DNA of 64,000 nt from Phaeosaccion multiseriatum (Eukaryota; Protista; Ochrophyta, other classes), in contig OZ218956.1 in the NCBI GenBank assembly GCA_965112735.1, positions 434,001-498,000 on the forward strand. Direction: 5' to 3'. Shown here in pieces: positions 12,421 to 26,623 of the stretch. Position 1 is the stretch's first letter; each line of letters starts with the position of its first letter. Below the pieces are notes generated by a model. The model saw only the letters and a list, made by a program, of their open reading frames with translations. It had not been told where the DNA came from and did no database searches. Both the position numbers and the translations under genes were made by a program.

Positions 12421-14597
12421 GGCGGGTGCACCCCCCCTATCAATCGATTCGTCGACGGGAGGGACGGACGGACGAACATCAAAGAAAGGTTTTGTCTTGT
12501 CTTCCTCCTGCACCGCTATGCTCCGTGTGCCGTGCCTGTTGGCGACTGCTGCTGTCACCGATGATGACCAATCTTCTCACCTAGCGGAGGAGCCTTGCAA
12601 GGGGCCCCTCCGTACTGAGGCTCAATCAAAAGTTTCAATTTCAATTTCATAAGCTGAGGTGCCGCAGGAAGCAGACTCGACCGAGCACGCACGCGCAGAG
12701 CACACAGGACAGTGCAAAGAGACACAAACTCAAACTCAAACTAGCTAGCAGCCGGCCTGCGCACCTTGCTTATCGTCGGACTCACTGCCCCGACTGGCGC
12801 TCACACACCGCTACTATCGGCCACGCACTCACGCCCATTAACTTACCTTACCTTACCTTACCCTACCCTACCCTACCTTACCGCAGCGACCACGAGACCC
12901 TCAGCGCCTTCCATTTCGAGGAGCTGCTAGCCCCCCTCTCAGAGAAGAAGTGCGTCATCATCAACATTGTCGACCTCTTCGACTTCCACGGATCGTTCCT
13001 GGAGAACATTCCGCGCATCGCGGGCAGGAACCACGTGCTGCTGGCGTGCAACAAGGCGGACCTGTTTCCGAGCGACATGAAACCCCAGCGAGTGGTGACG
13101 TGGGCGAGGAATGAGGCACGGTACATGGGCCTGGAGTATATTGAGAACAAGTGAGTGGGAGGGAGGGGGGATGGCAGTGGGTGGGGGAGAGTAGAGGTAT
13201 ATTGGGAGTGGGTGGTGAGGAGGGGGGGATGGTAGTGGATGGAAGAAGGTTGAGAACCCCCACCACACCTTGACCCCTCACCTCTCCTCTCACCCCACAG
13301 AGACATTCATTTGATTAGCTGCAAGACGGGCTTCGGTGTCCGCTCCCTCATGCGCAAGGCCCGAGACCTGGCGGCGGCCAAGCGCTGTGACATCTACGTC
13401 GTGGGCGCCGCCAACGTGGGCAAGAGCTCCTTCATCAACCATCTGTTGGCAGAGGCCGAGGAGAAGGGCTCTAGGAAGGGAGGCAGGGCGAGCAAGCGCA
13501 AGGGTGATAAGCACAAGCCCCTGGCCAAGGTAAGACGGATCAGGCATCGGTGGACGGGTGCTCTCCCTTCCTCCCCCGCTCGCGACACTCATGGGCAGGC
13601 CCATACATTCCCTTTCCTTCCTTCCTTCCTTCCTTCCTTCCTTCCTTCCTTCCTTCCTTCCTTCCTTCCTTCCTCACTTACGCGTTCTGTCGTCTGCCGT
13701 ATGCTGTGCTGCCTGTTGTGTTTGTACCACCAACTGCTGTACTCTGCAGGGCCTGACCACGTCCAATGTGCCGGGCACCACCCTCGACATGCTCAAGATT
13801 GACCTCGGGGAGAAGATGAACCTCTATGACACGCCGGGTCTCGTGCTGAGTCACCAAATCACTCTCAAGCTCAACACGGAGGAGCTCAAAGCCGTCATCC
13901 CACACAAGAGGGTGAGAGAGGAAGGGGGGGGGGGGAGTGCAGGAGGGGGAGAGGAGGGAAGGAAGGGTCATCGCGCCTGCACAAGAGAGGGGGAAAGGGG
14001 GAGTGTGTGGGGCCTTCTCTAACCCCCCTCCCTCCCTCCCTCCCTCCCTCCCTCCCTCCCTCTGTATCACCAACAGGTGGAGCATGTGACGCTGCGAGTG
14101 GCCAAGGGCAAGGCGGTGCTCATCGGAGGGCTGGCACGCATCGAAGTCACTGAGGGGCTTCCCTTCCTCATTACCTTCTTTGTGTCCAATGGCATTAAGC
14201 TTCATGCCATGGACGCGGCAAAGGCGGAGGATTTCATCACCAAGCATATCGGCTCGGATCTGTGCTTCCCTCCCTATAGTGCTGAGAGGTTGGAGGCCTT
14301 GGGCGAGATGGTGGAGACCGAGTTCACCGTTGATGGGGTGAGTGGGGGGGGGGGGCGGGTAGGGAGAGAGAGAGAGGTATGGAGAGGGGGGTGGGAGGGA
14401 AGGAAGGAAGGAAGGAAGGAAGGAAGGAAGGAAGGAAGGAAGTAGAAGACGGTTAGGACTTGCAGGGTCTTGTCTCGCTTCTTCTCACTTTCCCGTGCTT
14501 CCCCCCTGGACCTTCCCCAGCGAGCTTTTCCGATGTCATGCACGTTGGCACTCACAACCACCGAACTTCACCCTCCCCACCCCCCATCACACACACG

Positions 14598-14668
<71 letters not shown>

Positions 14669-14898
14669 CAACGTAGGCCGGCTGGAAGGAGTCTTGCAGC
14701 GACATCGTGCTGTCTGGACTGGGCTGGGTGTCCTTCACAGGGGCGGGGAGGATCCGGGTCAAGATACACGCCCCGAAGGAGGTGCGGATGATGCAGAGGG
14801 ACCCTTTGCTGCCCTATGAGGCTTGGGATACAACGAGCACGTACTCGGGGACGAAGGTGTTGAAGAAGGGGAAGAAGGTCCAGGGCCGGCGGAAGTAG
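10738..14898 (+). CDS. Plastid-targeted circularly permuted GTPase, YqeH/NOA1(RIF1)/BPG2 family; ~7 exons
   Basis: Presequence ...TSATA-FAPP. Zn-finger CSGCG...CARC. Motifs VDLFDFHGS, NKADL (G4), ISCKTG (G5), GAANVGKSSFIN (G1), PGTT (G2), DTPG (G3), GGLARIE, DIVLSGLGWV. Stop at 14896-14898. Confidence 0.9.
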
Positions 14899-15564
14899 GA
14901 AGGAGGGGTCGACTGGAAGGGCGAGAGAGAGAAGAGAAAGAGAGAGAGAGAGAAGAGTGAAAAGAAAGAGGGAAAAGAAAGAGAGAGAAGAGAGAGAGAG
15001 AGAGACGGAGAGAAGAGAGAGAGAGAAGAGAGATAAGAGAGAGAGAGGACGAGAGCTGTCTGTCCTTTCTATGTTCATCTTTGCACAAACTGAAATTGGG
15101 AAACAGAAGCGTCTGAGAGCAGGTACGTAAGAGAAGAGATGCAGCGCCCGGCCGGCCGCTCACAGCAGGTCATCTGCCTTCCCGGCTCCCCGCCCTGCTT
15201 GGGATGCAAAACACAAAGTGGTGACGACAGGAAAGGCTCATACAGCCGTCGGCAAAAATTCAAACCCCCATTAATGGGGTAATAGTAGATGGGGTAATAG
15301 GAGAAGGGGGATCAGGGCCTTTCATTCTACTCTATTATGTCTATTATGTTTCGATGTTGCTCGACTCGGCGGTGGGCACCAAAACCTACTTACCTTGTCT
15401 TGTTATACACACTATCATCTACCGTCCTTATCGGCCCTGGACATGACTGATTATGGTATGCGCCGACCATACACAGTAATCAGGCCTGGCGCCGGCCATA
15501 TCATGGTATCCAGGGCCCGCTCCTTACGTACGTACTTAACTTACAAAGCGTCTATGATTGCTCC

Positions 15565-15699
15565 CTACCAAAACTGCCGGAGGTGCACGCCATAGTCTCC
15601 CGTGAGTGTGGGCCCCTCGGGGAAGTTCGCCCCCCCTCCCCCTTGGCTCCTCGAGGGCAGCGGGTAGTGAAAGTCCTTCAGCAGGGCATCGACATCGAC

Positions 15700-15731
<32 letters not shown>

Positions 15732-16399
15732 CCCCCGGGGTGCTGGTGTCCCCCCCTGTGGTCTGCCTCCTCCCCCGCAGAACGTCCCCTGCAACGTTCT
15801 TGGCGACGAGGAAGGCGATTGCTTCGATGGTGACCATCGGGTTGATGCCGAGGGAGGTGGGGAAGGTGGAGGCGTCGGCCACGAACAGGCTGCTCACCTC
15901 CCACGTCTCGCCGGACTCCTTCAGCGGCCCGTCTCTGTAGGGAGGTAGGTGGGAAGGTAGGTAGAGAGGTAGGGAGGTAGGTAGGGAGGTAGGTAGGTGG
16001 GTAGGTGGGTAGGTAAGGAGGGAGGTAGGTGGGAAGGTAGGTAGGTATGTAGGTAGGTATGTAGGTAGGTAGGTAGGTAGGTAGGTAGGTAGGTAGGTAG
16101 GTAGGTAGGTAGATAGGGAGGTAGGTGGGTAGGTAGGCGGGTAGGTAGGGAGGTAGGTAGGTAGGTAGGTAGGTAGGTAGGTAGGAAGGTAGGTAGGTAG
16201 GTATGTATGTAGGTAGGTAGGTAGGTAGGTAGGGAGGGAGGTAGGTGGGTAGGTAAGTGGGTAGGTAAGGAGGGAGGGAGGTAGGTGGGAAGGTAGGCAG
16301 GTAGGTAGGTAGACGGGTTGATAGGTGGGATGGCACACACGTGACATGCACACGCGTACACGTAGTAAATCACACACGCACAAACATGCACACACACAT

Positions 16400-16438
<39 letters not shown>

Positions 16439-19400
16439 CACACACACAAACACCGTAAGCTGGAGTGAGTGACGTGGAGCGACAAAAGAGCGATCGAGGC
16501 TACCCACGGGATCCATCGTGCTGGCACTGCCACATGCATCTCTCTCCCTCCCTCCTCCCTCCTTCCTTCCTTCCTTCCTTCCTTCCTTCCTTCCTTCCTT
16601 CTCTCTCACTCTCCCTCGCCCCTGCTTTCCCGCTCTCTCTCTCTCTCTCTCTCGCTCGCTCTCTCCCTCGCCCTCTCTCTTCCTCCCTCTCCCTCTCTCT
16701 CACCCACCTCTTGTTGGAAGAAAGGCGGCACGACCCCATCTGATGGGCGCTGCCGAGCATCCCCCCTCCTCTTGATGGTGTCAGCCCCGCCCTCGTCGCG
16801 CTCTGTACAAAGCTGTCGAAGGAAGAGTCCCTCTCTCCTCCCCCTCGTCCTCCTGCTGTTGTGTCACCAACTGCTGTACCTGTTGCGCCGTTCCACCACC
16901 GCCCCCCCCGATAGGCCGGCGACACAGCGCCCGCCCCTGCGTCCCTCTGCAGCCGTAACATGACCTCTTGCCCCCTAAGCACTCTAGCCTCATCCTCCTT
17001 GGTGATGCTGTAGTGTATCTCTGGCGAAAAGCCGTCAGAGCCTGCGAGGAAAGGAGGGAGCGAAGTGCGTGCATGTGTACACAGAAGAGAGTCGTAGTGC
17101 GGTGGATGGTCCAAAACCCGAGCGACGAACAGTAAGCACAGCGGGCAGGCAGGCAGGCGGACAGGCGGGCAGACAGGCGGACAGATAGACAAACAGACAT
17201 GCAGACAAACAGAGAAGAAAGGCAGACAAACAGAGAAGAAAGGCAGACACAACATAACAGACCATGCAGATGGTTTCAGACACGTACCCAGCTTGATCCT
17301 ATTGTTAGGGCTGCTCTTATCACGTGTGATGTTGATGAAGGCCGACAGATTGGGCAACATGGCCATGAGCAGCCTGAAGATGAGTGCGTCGTCCCATGCC
17401 AGCACAAGGGCGGCGAGCCCGGGGTGCACAGGGGGGGTCTGTATGCATACTCCGTACCCGTCACCTCCGTCCCCCTCCACCTCCTGTCCATTCTTCTTCT
17501 TCTGCTGCCCGTCTTCCCCTCCTCCTCCTCCTCCTCCTCCTCCTCCTCCTCCTCCTCCTCCTCCTCCTCCTCCTCCTCCTCCTCCTCCTCCTGCTGCTGC
17601 TGCTCCTCCCATAAAGTCAGGCACGTACACCCCCATACCCACTCCCTTGTGCAAGGAGGTTTCCACGTCCGGATGGAGGCCAAACACGCACACTACAGGG
17701 TGGAGACAGAGTCGCCTGCCCAGCATGGGGTGCTTCAGACCCGAGCGCAGCAGCACCGCAGGTGTGTGGATGGACCCTGCTGACACCACCACGGCACTCG
17801 ATGCCAGTGTGAGTTTCACCTTTCTGCCCGTGGGGCTGCCCGGTACGGTGACTGCCGCCTCAACCCCCTTGGCGACGCCTCCCTGGATGGTGACTTTGCT
17901 CACCAGAGCATTGGGCACCAGGGTGAGCTTGCCTTTAGCAGGGGAGGGGAGGGAAGGGGAGGGGAGGTGAAGGGGGGAGAGGGGAGGGGAGGAGAGGGGA
18001 GGAGAGGGGAGGGGAGAGGAGGGAAGGGGAGGGGAGGGGAAAGAAGGAGAGGGGAGGGGAAAGAAGGAGAGGGGAGGGAAGGGGAGGGAAGGGGAGGGGA
18101 GGGGAAGGGAGGAGGGGGAAGGGGAGGGAAGGGGAGACGAGAAGAGGGGAGAGGAGGGGAGGAGAGGGGAGGGGAGGGGAGGGAAGGGGAGGGGAGGGGA
18201 AGGGAGGAGGGGGAAGGGGAGGGAAGGGGAGAGGAAAAAAGAGGAGGAGGGGTAGAGACGTCAGGGCGAGGATGGGCGGCATCATGTATTTAGTGTTCGG
18301 GCGGAATTATACAACGCGGGCAGACAAACAAATCTTGCTTTGGAGGATGGAAAGCAGCCGTAGTACATAGGAGGACCTCTCCCTCCCTCCCTCCCTCTCT
18401 CCCTCCCTCCCTCTCCCCCTTCCTCTCTCTCTTCCTCCCTCCCTCCCTCCCTCCCTCCCTCTCTCCCTCCCTCTCTCTCTCCCTCCCTCCCTCCCTCTCT
18501 CCCTCCCTCCCTCCCTCCCTCTCTCCCTTCCTCTCTCTCTTCCTCCCTCCCTCCCTCCCTCCCTCCCTCCCTCTCTCCCTCCCTCCCTCTCTCTCTCCCT
18601 CCCTCACTCCCTCCCTCCCTCCCTCTCTCCCTCTCTCCCTCTCTCCCTCCCTCTCTCCCTCTCTCCCTCCCTCCCTCCCTCTCTCCCTCCCTCTCTCCCT
18701 TCCTCCCTCCCTCCCTCCCTCCCTCCCTCCCTCTCTCCCTCCCTCCCTCCCTCCCTCCCTCCCTCCCTCCCGCCCTCCGTCCGTCCCTCCTTTCCCTCCC
18801 CCCCCTCGCTCCCTCACCTGTGGCCTGGGCATCCTCCAGCCAGGTAGTCTGAGTGCCTTTCTTGGCGCCGTACGGACAGCCGAAGGAGCAGCTGCCGCAG
18901 TCCACACACCCTTCTACGTTGCGCGGAACGGGAAGGGAGGTCTAATGGGGGCAAAATTGAAATTGTTCATTTGTAAGACCATGAACCATTGGTTGGTCAG
19001 AAGGGGAGAGACGGAGAGCAGCAGCAGCAGCAGCAGCAGTGGGAAATACAAGAAGCAAGAGATGCGGGGGTAGGGATACAAGCAGCAGTCCCGGTGGGTG
19101 GACGGGGAGGGGCAGGTGTCAGCAGTAGGAGGAGCAGAGGAGCAAAGATCAGGGTCAGAGCCCCCAGACACGCCATATAGTGCCTTCCCAACTCGACGAC
19201 AGAGACCTCGAGAAAAAGAAGAGACAGAGATAGCCAGGACGGGAAGGGTCCCCTCCCCTCCCCTTCCCTTCCCTTCCCTTCCCTTGCTTGCTTACATGCC
19301 CCCCCTTGTCCCCTGCCCTCCACAGAAGCTCGTTGTTGAGGTTGTAAGCGGCTTCGGAAGAGCCCGGGCACGCCTCTGAGGGGGATGTCCCATGATTAGG

Positions 19401-19754
19401 AGCGTACGTGCGCGTGTGTGTGTGCGCGTATAGGGAGGGCAATGAGAGCAAAAAAGCAGCAGCAGCAGCAGCTGATTCAGCAGCGTCAAGGGGGGAGGCT
19501 AGAGCACAGGAGGCTTGGGGGTGGGGAAGGAGGTGCACCCACGCGCACGCACGCACCCACCCACGCACCGTTGCTGTGAGAAAAGTCCGTGTTGACGTTG
19601 ATGCGCCGGCAGACCGCGTCCAGGGCGTCGTCGAACGGCCCTCCCTCCTTGAAGCTGATGAGGCCGTACCGCTCTGCCCACTCTCGCCGGACATGGCGAG
19701 GGGTGCGGAAGCTGAAGAGAAAGAGCCCAGTACACCCACGTACATGCAGCACAA

Positions 19755-19787
<33 letters not shown>

Positions 19788-21482
19788 CATGCATGCAGAA
19801 GAACGTATGATGTAAGACAAGGGTAAGGCCAAACGAAGCGCTTCAGACAAGCAGCAGCAACAATTGCGCGTGAAGCAGGAAACAGTAGCACGTGGAACAA
19901 ATGGGCGGAGAGAAAGGACAAAGGACAAGTCTGCGAGACCTCCTGCGGTCCCGAGACCTCCTGCGGTGCGCCGTGCGACATAGTCCCTCCTACACCCCTG
20001 CCCACCCCTGCCCACCCCTCTCTACCGCGTCGACGCCCCCCCCTCCCACACCGCCCCACCCACCCACCCACACACCTGGCGCTCCAGTTGATGGCCGTGC
20101 CTCCCCCCACGGTGGCCCCTGCTAGCACCGTCATGCTTCCATCCACCGAACTCCTCGTGCCCTGTCTCTCGTACAGGTTTGCAAAGGCGTCAGCCTCTCT
20201 AAAAGTGCTGTACTCCTCTGCGTCGTGCAAGCCCCCTGCCTCCAGCACCGCAACCGTCAGACCCATTGCCGTGAGCACTCCGGCCGCCACACCCCCCCCC
20301 GCCCCCGACCCTACCACCACTACATCTACTTGCAAGTGGGTATCCTTGGTGAGCTCCAGCGGCGTGAGTGGCTTCATGGTCTGTGCCTCCTTCTCCTTCT
20401 CTCTGCTGCGGTTGACCTGCTCCTTGTCAAACGTGTCTGACCTAGGCTCGTACCCGATGCTAAGCCAAGCAGGGTTGGGTAACCTCACAACACCCCCAAA
20501 CCCTCCCCCTACTCCCTCACTCTTCTCCTCCTCCGTGCCCTTCCCTCCCTCCTCCCGAGGATTATCGCCGCCGTCTTTGCCTCCGTTAGGCGGCGACCCA
20601 TCTTCACTGTCGCTGAGGCTTGTCATGTAGTAGATTGAGCAGGAGAGGCGCTTCACCGCTTGGAAAGCGGCCCTCAAGTCCGGGATGCTTGAGAATTGCC
20701 AAGCCTTCATACACGCCTGCCTCGCCTCGAAAGGCAGCGAGCGGAAGGTCACCGGGGTCCCGCAGAGGAGGAGTGTTCCGAGACGGAAGGAGAGCAACCA
20801 CAGCACCACTCTTAGCGCGAAGCGCTTCTCGGGGGGGGCATTGTCTTGGATGGCCTTGGCGGCAAGAGAGGCAACGTTGAGCGCCGAGGCCGGGCGAGCC
20901 AAGGTGGGCAAGGCCTGCTGCACACGCTTTCCAAGGTAGCTCTGCAGTGCGCCCTGCCCGGAGGGTACGTCGAGCAGGCGGGCGACCGACTTCTGGGCTT
21001 GAATGACCACTTGTTCGACCGCCTCTGCAGAGGAAGCTGGGCCGCAGTCGAAGCCTGGAAGGAGCGTGTCGCAGCTGAAGAGGGGGGGACACAGCAGGGA
21101 AGGAGGGAGGGAGGGAGGGAGGGAGAGAGGGAGGGAGAGAGGGAGCGGATGAGTTGTTGCGGAGTGTGGGGGGGTGGGAGGAGGGGGGGCGCAGCAGGCA
21201 ACGGGACAGAACATCATCACTTGCATGTACACACACTCACAGCGCCTGAAGGGACTCGAGCTCCCGCAGCCCGAGCCACTGCACGCCGTCAGGCAGGCGA
21301 GAAGGCCGAGGAGGCAGCGGGGTCGTCGTGAGGCTCGCCGTACAGGGCTCCAGCTCCTCTCCGTCAAGCAGGCGCCGCCTCCTCTTGGCGCCGCTTCGGG
21401 AACTCAGAAGACACGTCCCAAACAGCACGATCACAGGGGTGCCCACATAGATCGCGCTATTGCAAGAGAGCACGGAACCCAT
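15565..21482 (-). CDS. Long-chain fatty alcohol oxidase (GMC oxidoreductase, FAO-like); multi-exon
   Basis: [13 protein letters not shown] (FAD), [86 protein letters not shown]. The 5' end and start codon are approximate. Confidence 0.88.
15940..16312. repeat. (GGTA)n-type degenerate intronic microsatellite
   Basis: Directly visible in the last intron of the alcohol oxidase gene. Confidence 0.9.
17940..18815. repeat. Purine/pyrimidine-skewed GGGGA and CCCT tracts in an alcohol oxidase intron
   Basis: G-rich block (17940-18250) and C-rich block (18380-18800). Confidence 0.85.
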
Positions 21483-21813
21483 AGGGCCTGCTCCTCACTC
21501 TGCCTAATCCTGGAATATACAACCCTGCCTAATCCTGGCCCTTTTGCGAGCGAAGCAGGCAGGGGGAGGGCAACGGCAACGGAAGAAAGATTGAGATTGA
21601 AGAAGAAAAAAGTTGATAAGGCAATGAATGGATAACAAATGGCGATGTCTGGATTCGTGGGTTGCGAACGCTCCCTGTGGTGGTTTACACCAATCGGGTT
21701 GCTCCCTGTGGTGGCCTTAGCAAGGTGTGGTCTCAGAAGTCTACACTAGAAACAGACGTGTGGCCTCTAAGCAGCGTGCCTCGAGAAGCAGTCTCACATT
21801 CTCCGTTTGGAAA

Positions 21814-24800
21814 ATGGCGCACTCGCGAGCTCCTCCAGAGGAGCAGCAAGAGGATGTCAAGAGGCTCAAGGAGGATGAGGGGGAGGAGATGCCGCTTCCT
21901 CCCTTCCCCATGAAATCGATGATGGCACTCGGTTGTGGCATGCTCGCCCACGGCTACAGCTTGACTTCACTGTTTCCCTACATTGGATACATGGTTACTT
22001 GGCTCGGGATGACCCAGAATAAAGACGAGGCAAGAAAGGAGGAGGCAAAGGGATGAGGAAACACACCCCAATAGTGCACGCGTCTTACGTATATGTGTGC
22101 CTCTCCCTCCCCCGTGAACAGGTGGGCTACTACGCGGGCTATGTGGCCTCGGCATACATGGTAGGGCGCTTCGCTTCGAGCTTCACGTGGGGCCTCATTG
22201 CCGATCGCATTGGACGCAAGCCCGTGCTGTACCTTGCCCTGCTGGAGATGGCCGTCCTCAGCCTGGCCTTCGGGCTCGTGCAAAGCTACGCGGCGGCCAT
22301 CGCCATCCGCTTCATGCTCGGGTTTCTCAACGGACTCACTGCCGTGGGCAAGTAAGTCTCGGTGGGGCTTGTGCTGCGCTCCCCCCCCCACGGTGGCGGC
22401 TCCACGTTTGCCCACCGACTCCTGCTGCTGCTGCTGCTGCTGCTGCTTGCAGAGTACAACAGCTCAACAAGAACATCTGTCTCCATGATATATGTATGGA
22501 GTATCTCGCTGTCTCTCTCTCTCTCCTCCCATGGTAAGCGCCTCCCTGTTCCCGCAAGATGCACATTCTGAACTCCGCCGCTCTGCCCGCCCCTTCCCTT
22601 TCCCCTGCCCCTGCCGTGTGCCCTTGTGCCTGGCCCCTTGTCCCTTGCTGATGCGCAGGTGTGTCATCAGTGAGGTGTGCGGGCCACACCATGAGGTGCG
22701 CGGCATGGGCTTTTTGTTGAGCTCGTGGAGCATCTCCATGGTGCTCGGGCCCGCCATCGGAGGCATGCGTAAGTGTGTGTGTGTGCCTGTATGTCTGTAT
22801 GCCTGTATACCTGTGAATGCCTGTGTATGTGTATATCTCTCTGTGTCTACCTGTCTCTCTGTGTAACAAGACTATACATAAAACGGGACAGTGATAGAGC
22901 TATAGAAGCGGTATCGGTCTACTCCTTACAGACTCGTGTGTGAAGACTACACCAAGATAAAGACTTCAGCCATTTGCGCCCCGGAGGGAGAGGAGGGGAG
23001 GAAGTGGTGGGAGGAGAGGGTCGATTCAGCCGCCGAGGTGTTTCTCTCTCTGTATGTATATGCCTGTATGATCATGTATGTCTCTGTGTATGCCTGTTTG
23101 ATCTTTGTAGGGCCTGACTCCTGACTGAGGAAGTGACTGACTGACTGACTGACGTAATGACTGACTGATTCTCATTCTCTCTACAAGTCCATCACTGCCT
23201 ACCCATCTCTGATCTATCCCTTGCACCACATGCCCTCCACACACACACACACCACTCCCCCACTGAAACGGCCGTGTCCAGTGGCCAACCCGGCTGGCCA
23301 ATACCCCGACAACTCCCTGTTCCAGGCGGCCGTGTGGCGTCGCTATCCTTACCTCCTCCCCAACATAGCAGGGGCGGCCATAGCCCTTGTTGCGCTGCCG
23401 CTGGTATGGTTCTTCGTGCCGGAGACGCTGGTCAGGAGCGGCTCGAGCAAGGAGGGCCACGAGCACCAGCACAGGGAGAGGGAGGGGGTGGGGGATGGGG
23501 TAGGGGAGGAGGAGGAGGAGCAGCAGGAGGAGGAGGAGGAGGAGGGGGACGTGCTGGAGTGGCAGCGGGCGGAGGAAGGCGACGATCGACTTGACAAGAG
23601 GTACGGGGATGATGAAGAGGATCCCTTGCTTCGTATACGCAAGAGGAGGATGTGTGGTGGCCCAACCCTTTCCCGCCCGTCTGACACCACTCTATGCCCA
23701 TATGCCTCTGTTCTGACACCATTCTATGTCCATATGCCTCTCTTCTTCTCGACAGGGTGCTGGGACGGCGCTCAGCGTCGCGCTCCGCGGGCCTTCCGCG
23801 GGGGATGTTGCGACGCAGTGGCTACGCGCGTGTTGGTGATGGTGATGCCAGCGTTGGTAGAGACGACGACGACGACGACGACGACGACGAGGAGGAGGGG
23901 GAGGAGGGCAGGGGTGTAGGCAGCACGGATGAGAGAGCGGGGGAGTGGGGGGGCGCCACGGGGCTGTCCGAGGCAGAGGAAGGAAGAAGAAGAAGGAGAA
24001 GCAAACGGGTGGTCGTCAAGCCGTCGACGGGGAGTTCTGACCCAAGCGGCAGCGGCAGCGGCGGCGGTAGCGGTAGCGGTGGTGGTCTGAGCGGTTGGGG
24101 CACAGTCAAGTTCCTCATGGGCAAGCGGGTTGTTCGCACCCAGGTACGCAGGCGTATGGGCAAGTAGACAGGCATATGGGCCGGAAGGCAGGCAGGCAGG
24201 CAGGCACTTGGATGGGTGTGTCTCCTTCCTTTCTCTCCCTCTCTTCTCATCCCCCCCTCGCCCCCCTCTCCCTCCCTCCCCCCTCCCTCCCCACCCACCA
24301 GCTGTGCATCTACGCCCTGTTCTCCATGCTGTATATCATGTTCGATGAGGTGTTTCCTCTATGGGCCCTCTCTTCCATCGCCAATGGAGGGCTCGATTGG
24401 CGCATCGGACAGATCGGAAAGGCCATGGGGTTTGCGGGCATCATGATGATTCTTTTTCAGGTGCGAATTTGCAGTGTCAGGACATGAGGTTCTAACAGTG
24501 TCAGGTCTTTTTTTTGGGGGGGGTTTTGCGCGGTGCTTCCTGCGGTCTGCCACCGCATGTGCCTAGCTGCTGCTGCAGCTGCTACCGCCGGTCGTGTCTG
24601 CTGCTCTCTCCCCTGTGTCCCCCTATTGGCGATGGTCCTCACACACCCCCCTCCCTGTGGCCTTCCACTGTCCTGGCACTCACCCACCCGCCCATTGACT
24701 TACTACCCACTCACAGATATTCGTGTACCCCATCATCGTCGGGAGGCTGGGGCTGTACAACACCTTCCGCGTGAGCGCCCTTGTGCTTGTGCCGCTCTAC

Positions 24801-24905
24801 GTCGCCATGCCCCTCTGCCACTCTTTGCGACATCACCAGGCGCTGCTGTGGTGAGTCGGAGGGAGAGAGACGAGAGGCATGCGGCAGGCAGGCAGGCAGG
24901 CAGGC

Positions 24906-24950
<45 letters not shown>

Positions 24951-24987
24951 GGCAGGAGGGAGGGGGTTGTTGGTATTGTTGCTATGC

Positions 24988-25028
<41 letters not shown>

Positions 25029-26028
25029 GAGGGTCCCGCAACAGGCCCAATACCCAATACTTGAGAGCCTGAGAAAGCGCAGTCGCCGGGACTGTTGAGT
25101 GTCCGTGTTCGATGGATCGATCGAGTGCGATACCCAAAGAAGATGCCCAAAGGAAAATGCATGCGTGCCTGTGTCAGTGACTCGGCTTGTCACGGGATGC
25201 TCGGTTTCGGTTTCAGTTTCAGTTTCACTTCCCATCTCCTGTGTTTGTCAGCCCCACCCTCCTTTATATACTACCCCACCCCAACCCCTGCACTGCCATC
25301 CACTGCCATTCCTCCGCCGTTTGCTGCCATCCCCTGCCATTTCCTGCCATCCCCCCCCAGGCTGTCCCTCATGTCTGTGCTGGTGAGTCTGAAGTGTGCT
25401 GGAAACCTTCTCTTCACGTGCGGCTCTCTGGGCCTCAATCGCTCTGTGGACACCGCCTGGAGAGGCTCCCTCAACGGGCTCAGCAGTGAGTGTGGCTCCA
25501 CCCCCCTCCCTGTCTCTCTTATCTTCATGTCTATCTTCTCTTTGGACATGTCCTCTTACATTGTATGTCTATCTATCTGCATGCCTATGCCCATATGCTT
25601 GTGTTCCCGCATGTCCATATACCCAACATGCCTGTATGCCTGTATGCCCAACCCGTGCAGTGACCATGGGCTCGATCGGCAAGGCCCTGGGCCCCAGCGT
25701 GGGCTCAGTGTTATATGCAAGCTCAGTCTCGTCAGGGCTGCCCTCCCCACTGGACTACCACGCCGTCTTCCTCACTGTGTAAGTACTTACGTGTCAAGCA
25801 TGAAATGCCTTCCCTTCTCCCTTCCCTTCCCTTCCCTTCCCTTTCCTTCCCTTCCCTGTCCTCTTCCTCTCCTCTCCCTCCTGTCTCCCTCTGGAGGAGA
25901 CCGGATGTGTGTGTTCTCTCTGTCCACTCTTCCATAAGACATGAGTCTCTCTCCAGTCTCGGCGGCTTGTGTGCGTGCGTGCGTGTGTATGTGTGGGTGT
26001 ATGTGTGTGTCGCTCTGTGTATGTATCG

Positions 26029-26069
<41 letters not shown>

Positions 26070-26623
26070 CGTGTGTGGGTGTCTAACTCTCAGTCCACCC
26101 TCTCACTGCACCACCACCTCCCCCCCCCTCTCCTCCCCTCTTGTCCCTCTCTCTCCTCCACGACCACCCGCCCCCCCCCTTTTCTCTCTCCCCCTCTACA
26201 TACACACACGCACACACACACGCACGCACACACACACGCACACACACACACATACACACATACACACACAAAAACACACATACACACAACAGCGCGGTTC
26301 TGGCCGGCCTGTGCTTCTTCTTCATCTCCAAGCTGCTCACGGTAGGGGACTTTGAAGTGCGGGAGATGGCAGTGGATGGAGAGGGGACGGCAGTGGATGG
26401 GGAAGATGAGAGGGACGCGGAGGGCCTGCTCACGGACAGACGAGACAGAGGGCCGAGCCCTGCCCCTGTATCACCAACTGCTACCCCTGCCCCTGGCACT
26501 GCTGTTAGTGGTGCAGCTACGTCTGAGCCCTCTGCGCTTCTGGAGGTCCAGGAGGGAGGGCTGGAGATGGAGATAGCAGATGGAGGGCTGGAGATGGTCA
26601 CCGTGCACTCGGGAAGGAGGTGA
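21814..26623 (+). CDS. MFS transporter, ZIFL (zinc-induced facilitator-like) type, with a long acidic central loop
   Basis: LFPYIGYMV, GYYAGYVASAYMVGR...WGLIADRIGRKPV (motif A), RFMLGFLNG, LGPAIGG, YPYLLPN, FFVPETL, DEVFPLWALSS..GGL, RGSLNGL, KALGP. About 10 exons. Confidence 0.88.
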
